DNA of 63,992 nucleotides, filler included, from Octopus bimaculoides (GCF_001194135.2; 6 parts of 6 records of this genome joined end to end with filler, not necessarily neighbours in it); one strand, 5' to 3'; shown: positions 26,406-38,772, counted from the whole stretch's first letter. Translations and numbers: made by a program. The notes: a model not told the origin generated them from the letters alone.

Positions 26406-26940
26406 NNNNNNNNNNNNNNNNNNNNNNNNNNNNNNNNNNNNNNNNNNNNTTAATTAATTAANNNNNNNNNNNNNNNNNNNNNNNNNNNNNNNNNNNNNNN
26501 NNNNNGTAACCACATTATTGATACAAAGATTCCCCACTCCAATGATAACTTTTGTCAGCTCCACAACATACCTAACCAAAGGACATAACTCCGAGCAAAT
26601 CCCCTGGTCCATTTTTCATTCCACTTCTTTTACAGCAGACGCCAAACTGGTTGTGCTAATCCACTCCGGAAGTGGAGAACAATTGCCATATTCCCTTCCA
26701 TGTCGGCTACTTCTGATGAGTGTACTTATAGAAATGTTTGTTGCCTAACGTTCAATTGTATTTTTTGCACGAAACTGATTGGTAAGACCAACTGTGATGG
26801 ATACTTAATACTATAAAATTCGGATAATATATATATATATATATATATATAGTGTACTGTTCTGTGATGGTATGATCAACAAAAAAGTACTCCATCTAGT
26901 GAGAGATAAATACTATTTAATAAACACAGTATATATTTTT

Positions 26941-27243
26941 ATGAGCTACTAATAGTTTTATGCGATGAAAACAACTTAAACAACATTTTATAATGCATCT
27001 GGTGCCTTCACACAATCCTCAGCCTCTGCCTATATGGCATAAAAAGAAACAGGACAATAGAAGAAAAGGAAAAATGAGAAAAAGTGAGAAAGAAGATGTA
27101 AAAGGTGGAAGGCTGAAAACACTGGAAAATGATGTCCTGTTTTTGCTTGTTATGCCATGTGGCCAGACCCTGGGGATTGCGTGAGGGCACCAGACATATA
27201 AAGTGGTGAGTTGTTTTCATCACATGAAACTATTAGTAACTCA
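26941..27243. mobile_element. Fold-back MITE (about 115-bp arms, purine-rich loop)
   Basis: atgagctactaatagttttatgcgatgaaaacaact...aaacaggaca pairs with tgtcctgtttt...agttgttttcatcacatgaaactattagtaactcat. Confidence 0.8.
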
Positions 27244-27289
27244 TAAACTTATTTTTCCCCATTCATCTACACAAATTAAAATAATTCTA

Positions 27290-28517
27290 GTAAGTTATGT
27301 GGGTTTCTCTTTTGAACTCTGAGTTTCAATTCTTTCCACAAATTTTTGATTGGATTAAGGTCTGGAGATTGACTTGGCCATTCCAGAACATTAATCCCAT
27401 TTGTTTTCAGTTAATTCTTGTTCAGCTTTGCTGTGTGTTTTGAATCATTATCCTGTTGAAAGGCCTATCCTTGTTCCAAGTTTATGGAGTGAGTGCTAAG
27501 TATTAAACATCTCTCTAAAATCCCCCTATACTTTTTACCACCCTTGTTCCTTCGATTACTTTCATTCTTCCAACACCTGATGAGCAAAAACAAGCCCATA
27601 CCATTACTAATCCACCACCAATTTTGACTGTAGGGATAGTATTCCTTGGCACGTATTCCATGCCATTAATTCTCCAAATCTTGCTGATTGAATTTCTGCC
27701 ATAAAGCTCAACATTAGTTTCATCAGATCAAACTACATTTTCCCAATATGTTGCTGGTTCATTTAGATGTTTTTTTTGCAAAGGCCAAATGAGCTTTAAC
27801 ATGACATTTCTTCTGGAAATGGTCTTTCTTGAAGAACAAGAAAAGCGATCATAATAATAAAGTGATCTACTAATTCTATACTTGCTCACATGTACTTCAC
27901 ATGCTTCCAGGTCTTCCTGCAGCTCCTAGAGTGTAGTTTGTGATCTATTACTAGTTGTTCTTGCAAGTTTTCTTGCTGTGTACTCTGCTAACTTATATGG
28001 GTGACCAGAGCAGACTAGATGGAGAATGGAATTGCAAAATTTCCAGTTATGTATTATTGTACCAACTCAACTCAGGGGTACATTAAGCTGTGCAGAGATC
28101 TTTATGTATCCATCACTACTTTTAAGAAGGTCAACAATACACTCACAGAGGTCTTGACTAATTTGTTTATTTTTACCCATGATGATGATGTTCACTCTAT
28201 GGTGATAGAATGGCTATAAATGCTCACAAACAAAACTTCCCAAATCTTCTAGAACACTGTAGATATTCTGGAAAAAAAATTTATTCAAAATATCTGGAAG
28301 ATAATCCAATTGAGTTAAATGTGTTGTAAACTTTTGTGTTTTGAATTTCAACTTTTTTCCATATAAATTTTTTTCTGTTCATTACTGTGTAATTCTGACT
28401 GGTGCATTGAATTTATTACAAAAAACTTCATAAATGGTGGAAATTTCATTAACCTGTATTAACTCAATATATGTAAACATGGATTTTTGACTGTGTGTTG
28501 TAAACTTTTGTGGTTCA

Positions 28518-28521
<4 letters not shown>
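27290..28521 (-). mobile_element. Decayed Tc1-type (DD34E lineage) transposon
   Basis: Minus-strand QQDNDSKHTA and [13 protein letters not shown] motifs (27330-27470). A CAGTG-type terminus lies next to a TA repeat near 28521. Confidence 0.8.
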
Positions 28522-28569
<48 letters not shown>

Positions 28570-28589
28570 GATGATTGCTTCATCTTGAG

Positions 28590-29340
28590 AGATGGTAGCC
28601 GTCCCATCAACACACACAGTACAATCACTCCGTCGATGACCACTTAGATGACTTTTAAGACCAGCTGCTGACTGACAGGGTTTAAAACACAAGTAACAGA
28701 TATTATTCAAGTTTCTTCTGTATATATAGATATATACATATATAGATATATATGGAATCTGATTCTGAAGTAATGTTTTTGTGAACTAGCATATGTCTTT
28801 TAAGTCCAGATATTGTCTTACAAGTTTTTTGACATATGACACGNNNNNNNNNNNNNNNNNNNNNNNNNNNNNNNNNNNNNNNNNNNNNNNNNNNNNNNNN
28901 NNNNNNNNNNNNNNNNNNNNNNNNNNNNNNNNNNNNNNNNNNNNNNNNNNNNNNNNNNNNNNNNNNNNNNNNNNNNNNNNNNNNNNNNNNNNNNNNNNNN
29001 NNNNNNNNNNNNNNNNNNNNNNNNNNNNNNNNNNNNNNNNNNNNNNNNNNNNNNNNNNNNNNNNNNNNNNNNNNNNNNNNNNNNNNNNNNNNNNNNNNNN
29101 NNNNNNNNNNNNNNNNNNNNNNNNNNNNNNNNNNNNNNNNNNNNNNNNNNNNNNNNNNNNNNNNNNNNNNNNNNNNNNNNNNNNNNNNNNNTAATGTTTT
29201 TGTGAACTAGCATATGTCTTTTAAGTCCAGATATTGTCTTACAAGTTTTTTGACATATGACACGAGTCGTAAGAGGTGGTTGGTGTCCAAGATCATAACC
29301 TATCAGGGCATTACAGTTTTCATGTGACTTCATATGGTTC
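28590..29340 (-). mobile_element. 3' end of an RTE-like LINE encoding tandem C2H2 zinc fingers (interrupted by an N gap)
   Basis: Peptides ...ICQKTCKTISGLKRHMLVH and CYLCFKPCQSAAGLKSHLSGH, followed by a short 3' tail that runs into a microsatellite. Confidence 0.6.
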
Positions 29341-30845
29341 ACATATATATACACATACACATATATACAGACATACATACAGCAATGTAACTACACGTGT
29401 GCCTTGGTGGTTTCTTCTTTTTCACATTCTTCAGACTTCCTTTTCTCCTTCCCGATGAAGAGCTATTGAATTGATTATATGTATATATATGTAACGGTAT
29501 CGACTGTGTTAAAGTCAGAGATTACCAATTGTAATGATAATTGTTAGTTTGTAGCGATGTGCTGCAGGATGCGCAAGATGAACGATTCATGAAGTTTTTA
29601 AGAAAATATTTATTTACCGTTACTTTATTAGTTGCCATACCATGACGGGTAGGTTAGTGTAATAGTATAACAGTTTGTACGTAAAGCATACAAGGTTAAG
29701 AATTTCGGCCTGTATCTGTATGTACACTTTTTCATAGTAGTATTTATATGGAGAGAGAGATGGTAGTGTTAAAGAGAAAAGGATGCGAGCTCGTAATAGT
29801 TATAAGGTGTGTGACGTTGTCTCACAGTGGCTGACAGTAAACTNNNNNNNNNNNNNNNNNNNNNNNNNNNNNNNNNNNNNNNNNNNNNNNNNNNNNNNNN
29901 NNNNNNNNNNNNNNNNNNNNNNNNNNNNNNNNNNNNNNNNNNNNNNNNNNNNNNNNNNNNNNNNNNNNNNNNNNNNNNNNNNNNNNNNNNNNNNNNNNNN
30001 NNNNNNNNNNNNNNNNNNNNNNNNNNNNNNNNNNNNNNNNNNNNNNNNNNNNNNNNNNNNNNNNNNNNNNNNNNNNNNNNNNNNNNNNNNNNNNNNNNNN
30101 NNNNNNNNNNNNNNNNNNNNNNNNNNNNNNNNNNNNNNNNNNNNNNNNNNNNNNNNNNNNNNNNNNNNNNNNNNNNNNNNNNNNNNNNNNNNNNNNNNNN
30201 NNNNNNNNNNNNNNNNNNNNNNNNNNNNNNNNNNNNNNNNNNNNNNNNNNNNNNNNNNNNNNNNNNNNNNNNNNNNNNNNNNNNNNNNNNNNNNNNNNNN
30301 NNNNNNNNNNNNNNNNNNNNNNNNNNNNNNNNNNNNNNNNNNNNNNNNNNNNNNNNNNNNNNNNNNNNNNNNNNNNNNNNNNNNNNNNNNNNNNNNNNNN
30401 NNNNNNNNNNNNNNNNNNNNNNNNNNNNNNNNNNNNNNNNNNNNNNNNNNNNNNNNNNNNNNNNNNNNNNNNNNNNNNNNNNNNNNNNNNNNNNNNNNNN
30501 NNNNNNNNNNNNNNNNNNNNNNNNNNNNNNNNNNNNNNNNNNNNNNNNNNNNNNNNNNNNNNNNNNNNNNNNNNNNNNNNNNNNNNNNNNNNNNNNNNNN
30601 NNNNNNNNNNNNNNNNNNNNNNNNNNNNNNNNNNNNNNNNNNNNNNNNNNNNNNNNNNNNNNNNNNNNNNNNNNNNNNNNNNNNNNNNNNNNNNNNNNNN
30701 NNNNNNNNNNNNNNNNNNNNNNNNNNNNNNNNNNNNNNNNNNNNNNNNNNNNNNNNNNNNNNNNNNNNNNNNNNNNNNNNNNNNNNNNNNNNNNNNNNNN
30801 NNNNNNNNNNNNNTATATATACATATATACACGTACACATTTATA

Positions 30846-32117
30846 TAGGGTGTTCCATAAAGAGTGCTGAATTTGAATTGGGTGATACTTTTGTGGTTTG
30901 AAGTTTGAAGGCATGCTTGTATCATGTTTGCTATCTTTCTTCACTCTGACTAATAGTTATTTGTTTGTTTTTCAGAATAGTGTGCAGTGTGTCATGGAGC
31001 AGTTTACAACTGAGCAACGCATTCTCATTGTGAAGACATTTTACCAAAATGGAGCAAGTGCGATACAAACAGCTCGAACACTTCGTACCATTTTGGGGAG
31101 AAATGAAGCACCCAATGAGTCTACAGTTCACAGACTAATGACGAAGTTTAAAACAACTGGTTCAGGTGCAATGGCCAAATCACCTGGGCAGAATCGTTTT
31201 TGTCGGACAGAACAGCAAATTGCTGTTGTGTGAGACGGTGTCACTCTGAGTCTGGGAAAATTGATTCACTGACATTCACAACAGTTAGGCATCCCGACCA
31301 TTTCATTGCATCAAATTTTGCATAAAGATCTCCATATGCATGTGAGCAAAATTTAACTTATGCAGCATCTTCAGCCACCCGACCACAGGTGGCGGAGGAA
31401 ATTTGCTGATTGGGTTGTGGAGAGACTTGCAGCTGATGAAAATTTTACAAAGAAAATCATCTTCAGTGATGAGGCCCACTTCCACTTGAGTGAATTTGTC
31501 AATAAACAGAACTGCCAGATTTGGAGAAATGAAAATCCTCAAATAATGAGAGAGCATGAAATGCATCCACTGAAAGCGGCTGTATGGTGTGGTTTTTGGG
31601 CAAGTGGAGTGCTTGGACCATTCTTCTTTGAAAATGATGAGGAGAATGCAGTTACTATTAATGAAGAACATTACCGAGGCATGATATTCCCTCAGTTATG
31701 GCCAAACTTGGAAGATAGAGAGATTGACAACCTCTGGTTTCAGGAGGATGGAGCGACTTGTCACACTTCGTGCCAAACACTTGCATCACTCCACAAAAAA
31801 TTTCCACAACAAGTGATATCCTTGCATGGTGACCAGCAATGGCCACCAAGGCCCTGTGATCTTACCCCTTGTGATTTCTTCTTATGGGGGTATATGAAAT
31901 CACAAGTATATGTCAAGAAACCACGCACAATTCCTGGTGATTGGAGGCATTGGGCCACACATCTGTAAGAGTTATTGGAAATTTCAAGGAGCACATAGAT
32001 GTATGACCAACATTGTGTTCCATACCCAAACAGAAGAAATAACTCATTAGAAATATGCAGAATATAACCATGTTCATAAGAATTCATTTTAATTATTCAT
32101 CTTTATGGAACACCCTA
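30846..32117 (+). mobile_element. Near full-length DD41D (rosa-group) mariner element with transposase pseudogene
   Basis: TIRs tagggtgttccataaag / ctttatggaacacccta are flanked by TA. ATG at 30994, with in-frame stops including 31231. Motifs IIFSDEAHFHL, EDGATCHT and WPPRPCDLTPCDFFLWG are present, and I count 41 residues between the second and third catalytic Asp. Confidence 0.92.
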
Positions 32118-32229
32118 TACATGTATACACACATATACATGCACATATACATATAGATACACATACATATATATACAAACACACATTTGTCCACTCACGC
32201 ATATACATCTACATATGTTCACATATATA

Positions 32230-33530
32230 CAGGGTGCGATGGGTTAATTGTCGCCATTTTATATTTTTAATTTCATGCATGCATCTTGCTTGTTTTTGAT
32301 TTTGTCGACTACACAGTACAGTAGGGTCAGTTGGGCACTGTCTGGGGGAAAACCAGCACCATGACACAATTCACTGTGCCAGAAATTTGGAAACAACCTG
32401 CTGTACAGCTTGGCATTCACACTGGAATCTCCAATATGAACATTTCAGAATGTTTGGATATCAATCTGAGGATAGTGCAGAAGATTTGGAAAGAGTTGGA
32501 TGAGTCTAATGGTGATTATGAAGCTAAGGCAGCTCAGAAAACTCACCCTGGTCATTCTGATAAGAAAAGAAACTCTTGAATATTTGTTGGTGAGATCCAG
32601 GCCATGATTGACAACAATCCCTACAAGTCAATCAGGTCCATCGCGAGGGACATGGGAGTGTCTGAGTTTTTTATCAGGCAGATAGTGCATGAAGAAATCT
32701 GTTATTCCACATACAAGATGAGAAAGGGCCAATTTTTAACCAAAGCCATCAAGGACAAGAGAGGAAAGACCATACTATGAAGATTTTGAACAAGCTCAAG
32801 CATCCCTTCCAACCGAACATGCTTTGGTTTTTCTCGAATGAGAAAAATTTCTGCCAGGATCAGATGGTGAACATACAGAACAACCATTGGCTTGCTGTGT
32901 CCCCTAAACATGCACCAAGTGTGATAAAAATCAAACATCCAGTCAACATCATGGTATTTGGAGTGATCACTAGTGATGGTAACGTTTTGCCTCCATTCAT
33001 CTTCCCACATGGCTTCAGACTCAACATGGAGGCCATGGAGGACTACATCAAGGGCTTGGAGGAGGTAGTGCTGCCTTAGGTCAAGAAGGTGGCTACTGGA
33101 AGACCCTATGTCTGGCAACAGTACTCTGCACCATGCCGCACAAACAGGAGAACCCAGTCATGGCTGTCAGACAATTTCACCACTAACATCTGGCCACCTA
33201 ACTTCCCAGACTGCAACCCCCTTCAGTATTATATGTGGGGTGCAGTTGAGTGAGAGACCAACAAAACTCCTTGTAACACCAAAGATGAATTGAGTGTTTA
33301 TGGCAGCACTCACTAACTTAAACAAGGAGACCGTCCAAAACAGTTGCAGGAGATTCCGAAGTTGTCTGGAGGGCGTGGTTGAGGCCGATGGCGATTTTAT
33401 TGAATAAAGTTACTCTTTACTATTTCAAGATATTTTTAGGTAATTTTGATAAATATATCTGTTAAAATGAAATGTCAGTATTATTTTCATTTTTGAGTAA
33501 TTTAAATGACAATATATTCACCGCAGCCTG
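32230..33530 (+). mobile_element. Near full-length maT/DD37D-like mariner element, frameshifted
   Basis: Starts TA|cagggtgcgatgggttaattgtc with a degenerate right TIR ending cagcctg. Peptides WFFS(D/N)EKNF.QD, KHPVNIMVFGVITSDG, YVWQQ.SAPC and IWPPN.PDCNP are typical of the DD37D group. Confidence 0.82.
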
Positions 33531-33899
33531 CATCTATATATATAAAAATGAGAATGTGTGTGTGTCTGTCTGTCTGTGTGNNNNNNNNNNNNNNNNNNNN
33601 NNNNNNNNNNNNNNNNNNNNNNNNNNNNNNNNNNNNNNNNNNNNNNNNNNNNNNNNNNNNNNNNNNNNNNNNNNNNNNNNAATAATAATAATATGTCAGA
33701 GATCATGAAGAATAAAAATGCTTTCTAATTACATTTTAAGATGTACATTATCACAACTTCATATCTAGAAAATAAAAATTTTATAATAAAAAATATTATT
33801 TTACATGTAAAATATGGGNNNNNNNNNNGGTCACAATTTCACGAGGGTAAAAATTTAATGCAATATGGCATACTCTGAAAACCAAGGTGATGGGTCAGA

Positions 33900-34110
33900 G
33901 CCAACACACATTTCAATTTGCGTACACCTTTCAATCCAATACTTCCTTGTAGACTATGTTCTTTGTGTAAGTTCTCCTTCTTTTTTCCCTTGTTTGTCAG
34001 TGTTGATAACTTTAACTCCCACATCAGATAATTTGTGAGCCCTTGGGATTGCAACATATAGCTGATCATGGCCGAATACAGATTCAGGCAAGAACAGTCC
34101 CACTTTATCA
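33900..34110 (-). mobile_element. Helitron PIF1-like helicase C-terminal fragment
   Basis: Minus-strand frame FDKVGLFLPESVFGHDQLYVAIPRAHKLSDVGVKVINT resembles the Helitron helicase motif F.KVG..L...VF.HGQLYVA.SR. It is followed, in a shifted frame, by TKNIVYKEVL. Confidence 0.8.
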
Positions 34111-34456
34111 AATATCTACTCTTGTGATTTATTGATAGTCATTGCATATGACAAGTGAACAGGAAACTGGTTTCTTTCTAAAGTGAGTAGCAAGTTTGGG
34201 AAACACATCACCCCTCTGCTCCTCTATATCATTACTTTCAACTAACATTTTTAAACATGTAATAAATATTACGTTCCCCCACCACATCATGAATGCTTCT
34301 CTCTCTCCTTCTTTTTCTTTCTCTCGCTTTTTGCTTCACTCTTTGCCTTATCCTCTTTTTCTCTTTCCATCTCTTCTTCCTCTCTCTTTTTCTCTAATCA
34401 TGTGAAAGTGTTACTGACTGGCTAAGTAACATAATGACAATCAGAATTATTATAAG

Positions 34457-34498
<42 letters not shown>

Positions 34499-35037
34499 TT
34501 AATACGCTTGGTTTTTTTGGTTTTCATATGTACCTGTGGTATGTGTCACACTTCAAAGGAAGAGGTAAAAAGGTGGAAGGGACAAAGAAAAACAGAAATA
34601 AAAGGTGTTAAGCAGAGGAGGTATACTTGAAGTGAGTGGCAAAGTGGGAAAGAGGGGAGGGACAGAAGCAGAGGAACTATAGTTGAGGTGAGAGGCAAAG
34701 AGGAGAAAGTAAGAGGGAGTGAGAGAGAGAGGGGGGGGGGAAGATTGAGAGTGCTGAGGGGTAAGAGAAATATAATGCATTAAACGCAGGAGGACAGTTA
34801 GAGGCAAGGAGGCATAGAGAAGAGAGTGGGGAGGGAGGGGGAAAGAGAGAGATTTAGAGAGATAGATTGAGTGAAGGAAGGGAGTGGATAGAGAATAATA
34901 GCGATAGAGAATGGAACCATTCTCATATAGAAAATGCTGGAAAACTTTTTGTTTTTGGCGATATATGATAAAAGTGTTGAAAATATAGAAATTGCAAAAA
35001 GAAATGTTGCCTGTCTATCTGTCTGTCTGTCTGTCGG

Positions 35038-35068
<31 letters not shown>

Positions 35069-35107
35069 GTTTGTCGGTTATTCTGTCTGTTTGCCTCTCT
35101 ATCTAAC

Positions 35108-35279
35108 ACACTCTCTCTCCCTCTGTCTGTCTCTCTCTCCCTCTGTCTGTCTCTCTCTCCCTCTGTCTGTCTCTCTCTCCCTCTGTCTGTCTCTCTCTCC
35201 CTCTGTCTGTCTCTCTCTCCCTCTGTCTGTCTCTCTCTCCCTCTGTCTGTCTCTCTCTCCCTCTGTCTGTCTCTCTCTC
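35108..35279. repeat. 20-bp minisatellite (CTCTGTCTGTCTCTCTCTCC)n, about 8 copies
   Basis: Direct reading of the sequence. It explains the periodic track ORFs 34934-35359 and 35099-35284. Confidence 0.95.
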
Positions 35280-37460
35280 AGCAAATAGCTGTGGATGTTA
35301 CTGTTACTTTTCTACAGTTGAAGAGAGAGGTAGAATGTTTATCAGTATTTTCAGAGTAGACTGATGCATGCATAGAAAGAAAAGTAGATACATAGATCAA
35401 AAGGAAAGTAGCTACATAGATCGAAAGAAAAGTAGATACGTAGATCGAAAGAAAAGTAGATACATACATTGTTAAATTAAAAGCAGGATAGACGAGGGAC
35501 ACAGAGGAAGTGAGAGAGAAAGAGAGAAAATAAGAGAGACAGTAGATACATAGATAGAAAGAAAAATCGATACATAGACACATTATTAAATCAAAGACAA
35601 ATAACTACTGCAAATATTGATGTCACTTTCACTTTTCATTACCACGTGTGGATAAAATTAACTCACAAGTGGATGAGTACTCCACAGACATGCATACTAT
35701 TAGCATAGTTCTCAGGGAGATTCAACTTCACACAGATTATGACAAAGCTAGCCCCTTTCAATTACAGCTACAACTTATTTTGGCCAGCTGAGTGGACTGG
35801 AGCAAGATAAACTTTTAAGTGGTTGGAAGAAAAAGATCCTATATAGAGGCAGAAAAATCTTTTTAGTCATTAAGGTCACTATGGATGTTAATCCGGTCCT
35901 AACAGCAGCATTTGTGGATCTCACAGATCCGGAGGCTAAGCCCCCAGATAAACACTGATGTGCAGGCTGTTGTTATCAAACTGAGGGTGAGTCGAGGGTG
36001 AAGTCACTATACAACAGAATAGCAATTATTTCATCTTAGCTTTCACTGCTTATACTAAACACATGACATTTTTGCCTTATGATATGGAACATTTCCTTTT
36101 CTATCACTCATTTTAAAAAATGGCACTCCATTGCTTATGATGACAAGGTTTATCTGATCAATGGAACAGTCTGCTTGCAAAATTAACATGCAAGTGGCTG
36201 AGTACTCCACAGACATGCATACCATAATGTAGTTCTCAGGGAGATTCAGCTTCACACTGAATGTGACAAGGCTGGCACCTATGAATTACAGCTACAATTA
36301 ATTTTTGCCAGCAGAGTGGACTGCAACAAGGTGAAGTACAGTACCTTACACAGTGTGCCACTGGGAATCATACTCAAAATTTAATGATCATGGGCCAAAA
36401 ATTCCTAACCACTGAGTCATGCACCTTCACTCTCTTAACTGTAGAGAAAAGGAGTGAAGTGATAGAGACAGAGAAAGGAAAATCTCTGTCATTTAAAATG
36501 ACAATTAGACTGAAATACAATTGATCTTTTCTAGCTTTTTTACTTTTAACAATGAAGAATAGGGAAAGACATTTAGTAATGAATAGAAGAAAAATCTTTC
36601 AGGTGTTTACATTTTCATTCTAGGAGTTCTAGACTGATCAACTGTTAGTTCTCTCTTCTTTCACCTACCCCCAGTACTTATTTGCCTTCATGTCTTTTAG
36701 TTTGGGGGAAAGACCATGTTTTTTTTTCAGGTATGTTTAACATTTCTAACATTTTTCTTACATTTTTCTGACATAATTTAAATATATACTTTAACCATGT
36801 AACACAAGCCTTCTGTAGTTTTTTCACTCTTATTATCTTTTATACATCCAACCACGTGCTTTCACATACCAACTTTCTCACCCATATACCAAAACACGTG
36901 AGACCGAAAATGCCACAGAAGACCAATACTTCGGATAAAATTACAAACGAGGATATACTTAAAGAACTCAAAAATATTAACTCACACCTCATTACCTTAA
37001 ATAAAAAAATTGAGGACTCAAATCGTCTCGCCCGAGAAAGGATAAACAGTGAAGTCACTACTCACTACACTGATCAGGTTAGTAATGATTTNNNNNNNNN
37101 NNNNNNNNNNNNNNNNNNNNNNNNNNNNNNNNNNNTTAATTAATTAANNNNNNNNNNNNNNNNNNNNNNNNNNNNNNNNNNNNNNNNNNNNTTTTTTTAC
37201 TCTTCTCTACTGTTTTTTGTTCTGTGTGTATCAAAAATATCGCTATCAATCTGGAGTAATAATTTGTAGTTTTGAAATCAGTAGTTCTTTGACTGGTATT
37301 TCTGAATTCTCAGTATGTTGGAGAAGCAGGTTACTGTCAATCCCTATATATTTATGATTATAAATGATTTTTACCGAAAAGGTTTTTTCATACTGAGCTA
37401 CCAGGCAAAATTGTTAATTATTAATTTTATTACTAATTGACGATTCCCTGCCCTGCATAT

Positions 37461-37497
<37 letters not shown>

Positions 37498-37713
37498 CGC
37501 ACACACACACACACATTGTCACCCATGCCACAAATAAACACCACCTACACTTGGTCATATATAGCCAGTCACACCTGCTCATGTATATCACTGTCACACC
37601 TGCTCATGTATAGCCACTGTCACAGCTGTTCATATTACTTTGAAACTTTGTCTAAGCTTAAAACACAGTCAATTTGATAGGATTCAGTCACATTCCAATG
37701 TGGAAGAACTTAC

Positions 37714-37884
37714 CGGTAGAAACTAATCATACACCCAATGAGCAACATTCCACCAGGTACCTGAAAAGACATTCTGCCAATGAAGTTCTGTAACTCACCA
37801 GAGTCAGGATGGAAGGCAGATAAAACTAGACGATGGGCTTTCAAAACTTGTTCTCGTGTTGTATGTGGAGGTTCCTGTTGCAAC
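37714..37884 (-). CDS. SFXN2: Sideroflexin-2-like coding exon 2: (R)LQQEPPHTTREQVLKAHRLVLSAFHPDSGELQNFIGRMSFQVPGGMLLIGCMISFY(R)
   Basis: Acceptor ttcttttttgtag| and donor ACCG|gtaagt. The exon is 171 nt, phase 2 to 2. It contains the sideroflexin signature SAFHPD.GE.QN.IGRMSFQVPGG. Confidence 0.95.
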
Positions 37885-38079
37885 CTACAAAAAAGAATTA
37901 ATTAGGATATGGATGAGAAGAAAAAATGTGCAATGGTAAAGAAATATTAACTTCCAAGCCATATTGGTTTGGTAGAAAGAGCAAGGCATATGCAGCTGTG
38001 TGTGTATGTGTGTGATTGACTATGTGTGTGAGTGTGTCTGTGTCTGTGAAACTGCTGAAAAAAATAAATGAATATATTT

Positions 38080-38460
38080 AAACAGGCACAAGTGTGGTTG
38101 TTGGGTAAGAAGTTTGCTCTCCAATCACATGGTTCCAGGTTCAGTTCCAATGCATGGCACCTTGGGCAAATGTCTTCTACTATAGCCTTGGACTGACCAA
38201 AGTCTTGTGATTGAATTTGGTAGATGGAAACTGCAAGAAGCCCATCACGTGTGTGTATGTTTGTCCCCCACCACTGCTTAACAACTGGTGCTGATGTGTT
38301 TATGTCCCCGTAACTTAGCAATTCAGCAAAAGGGACCAACAGAAAAAGTACCAGGCTTTACAAAGAATAAGTACTGGGATCGATAAGTACAACTACAATT
38401 CTTTAAGGCAGTGATCCAGTATGGCCACAGTCTAATGACTGAAACAAGTAAAAGATAAAA
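38080..38460 (+). mobile_element. tRNA-derived SINE inside the SFXN2 intron
   Basis: Colinear with the 52290 copy but with most CpGs converted to TpG or CpA. Confidence 0.85.
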
Positions 38461-38519
38461 GATAAAATTCATATATGTACCCATGCACATAACAAAAAAA
38501 GAAAAGAAATCTTACTTGC

Positions 38520-38671
38520 CTGTATTTATTTACAAGATCTCTAGCTTCAAAGAGTTTACTTGTTGGTGTTAAACACGTGGATGGGTTTGTAACCCAAGCA
38601 AAATACTTTAGACGGCCATAAAATGTGTCTTGGTTCCATAGAGGTTTGTCGAGGTCTATTCGGTCAGACAT
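38520..38671 (-). CDS. SFXN2: Sideroflexin-2-like first coding exon: MSDRIDLDKPLWNQDTFYGRLKYFAWVTNPSTCLTPTSKLFEARDLVNKY(R)
   Basis: ATG at 38671. The sideroflexin N-terminal motif (P.W.Q.TF.GR..YF.W.T.P) is present, and the YFAW..P wording resembles invertebrate Sfxn2. Frame continuity with exon 2 at the conserved intron position needs the donor AG|gcaagt. A likely acceptor at 38694 (aattag|GTG) implies 22 nt of 5' UTR and an upstream non-coding exon. Confidence 0.92.
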
Positions 38672-38734
38672 TCTTCTCTTTTGTTCCTGGCACCTAATTT
38701 TTATAGAAACATTAAATGCAATTAATTAATTTTT

Positions 38735-38772
<38 letters not shown>

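Noticed and set aside
28782-29264. Apparent ~62-70-bp direct repeat (LTR or TSD-like) flanking an N run
   Set aside because: Identical sequence on both sides of a gap is the signature of unmerged overlapping contig ends.
29769-30944. Long ORFs of 340-390 aa (also at 28.8 and 45.8 kb)
   Set aside because: They consist mainly of X residues from N gaps.
35108-35580. Regularly spaced repeats as a CRISPR-like array
   Set aside because: These are simple minisatellites without unique spacers, in a eukaryotic context with no cas genes.
36856-37091. 78-aa coiled-coil-like ORF next to a gap
   Set aside because: It is not recognisable. It may be a retroelement ORF start, but is too short and truncated to call.
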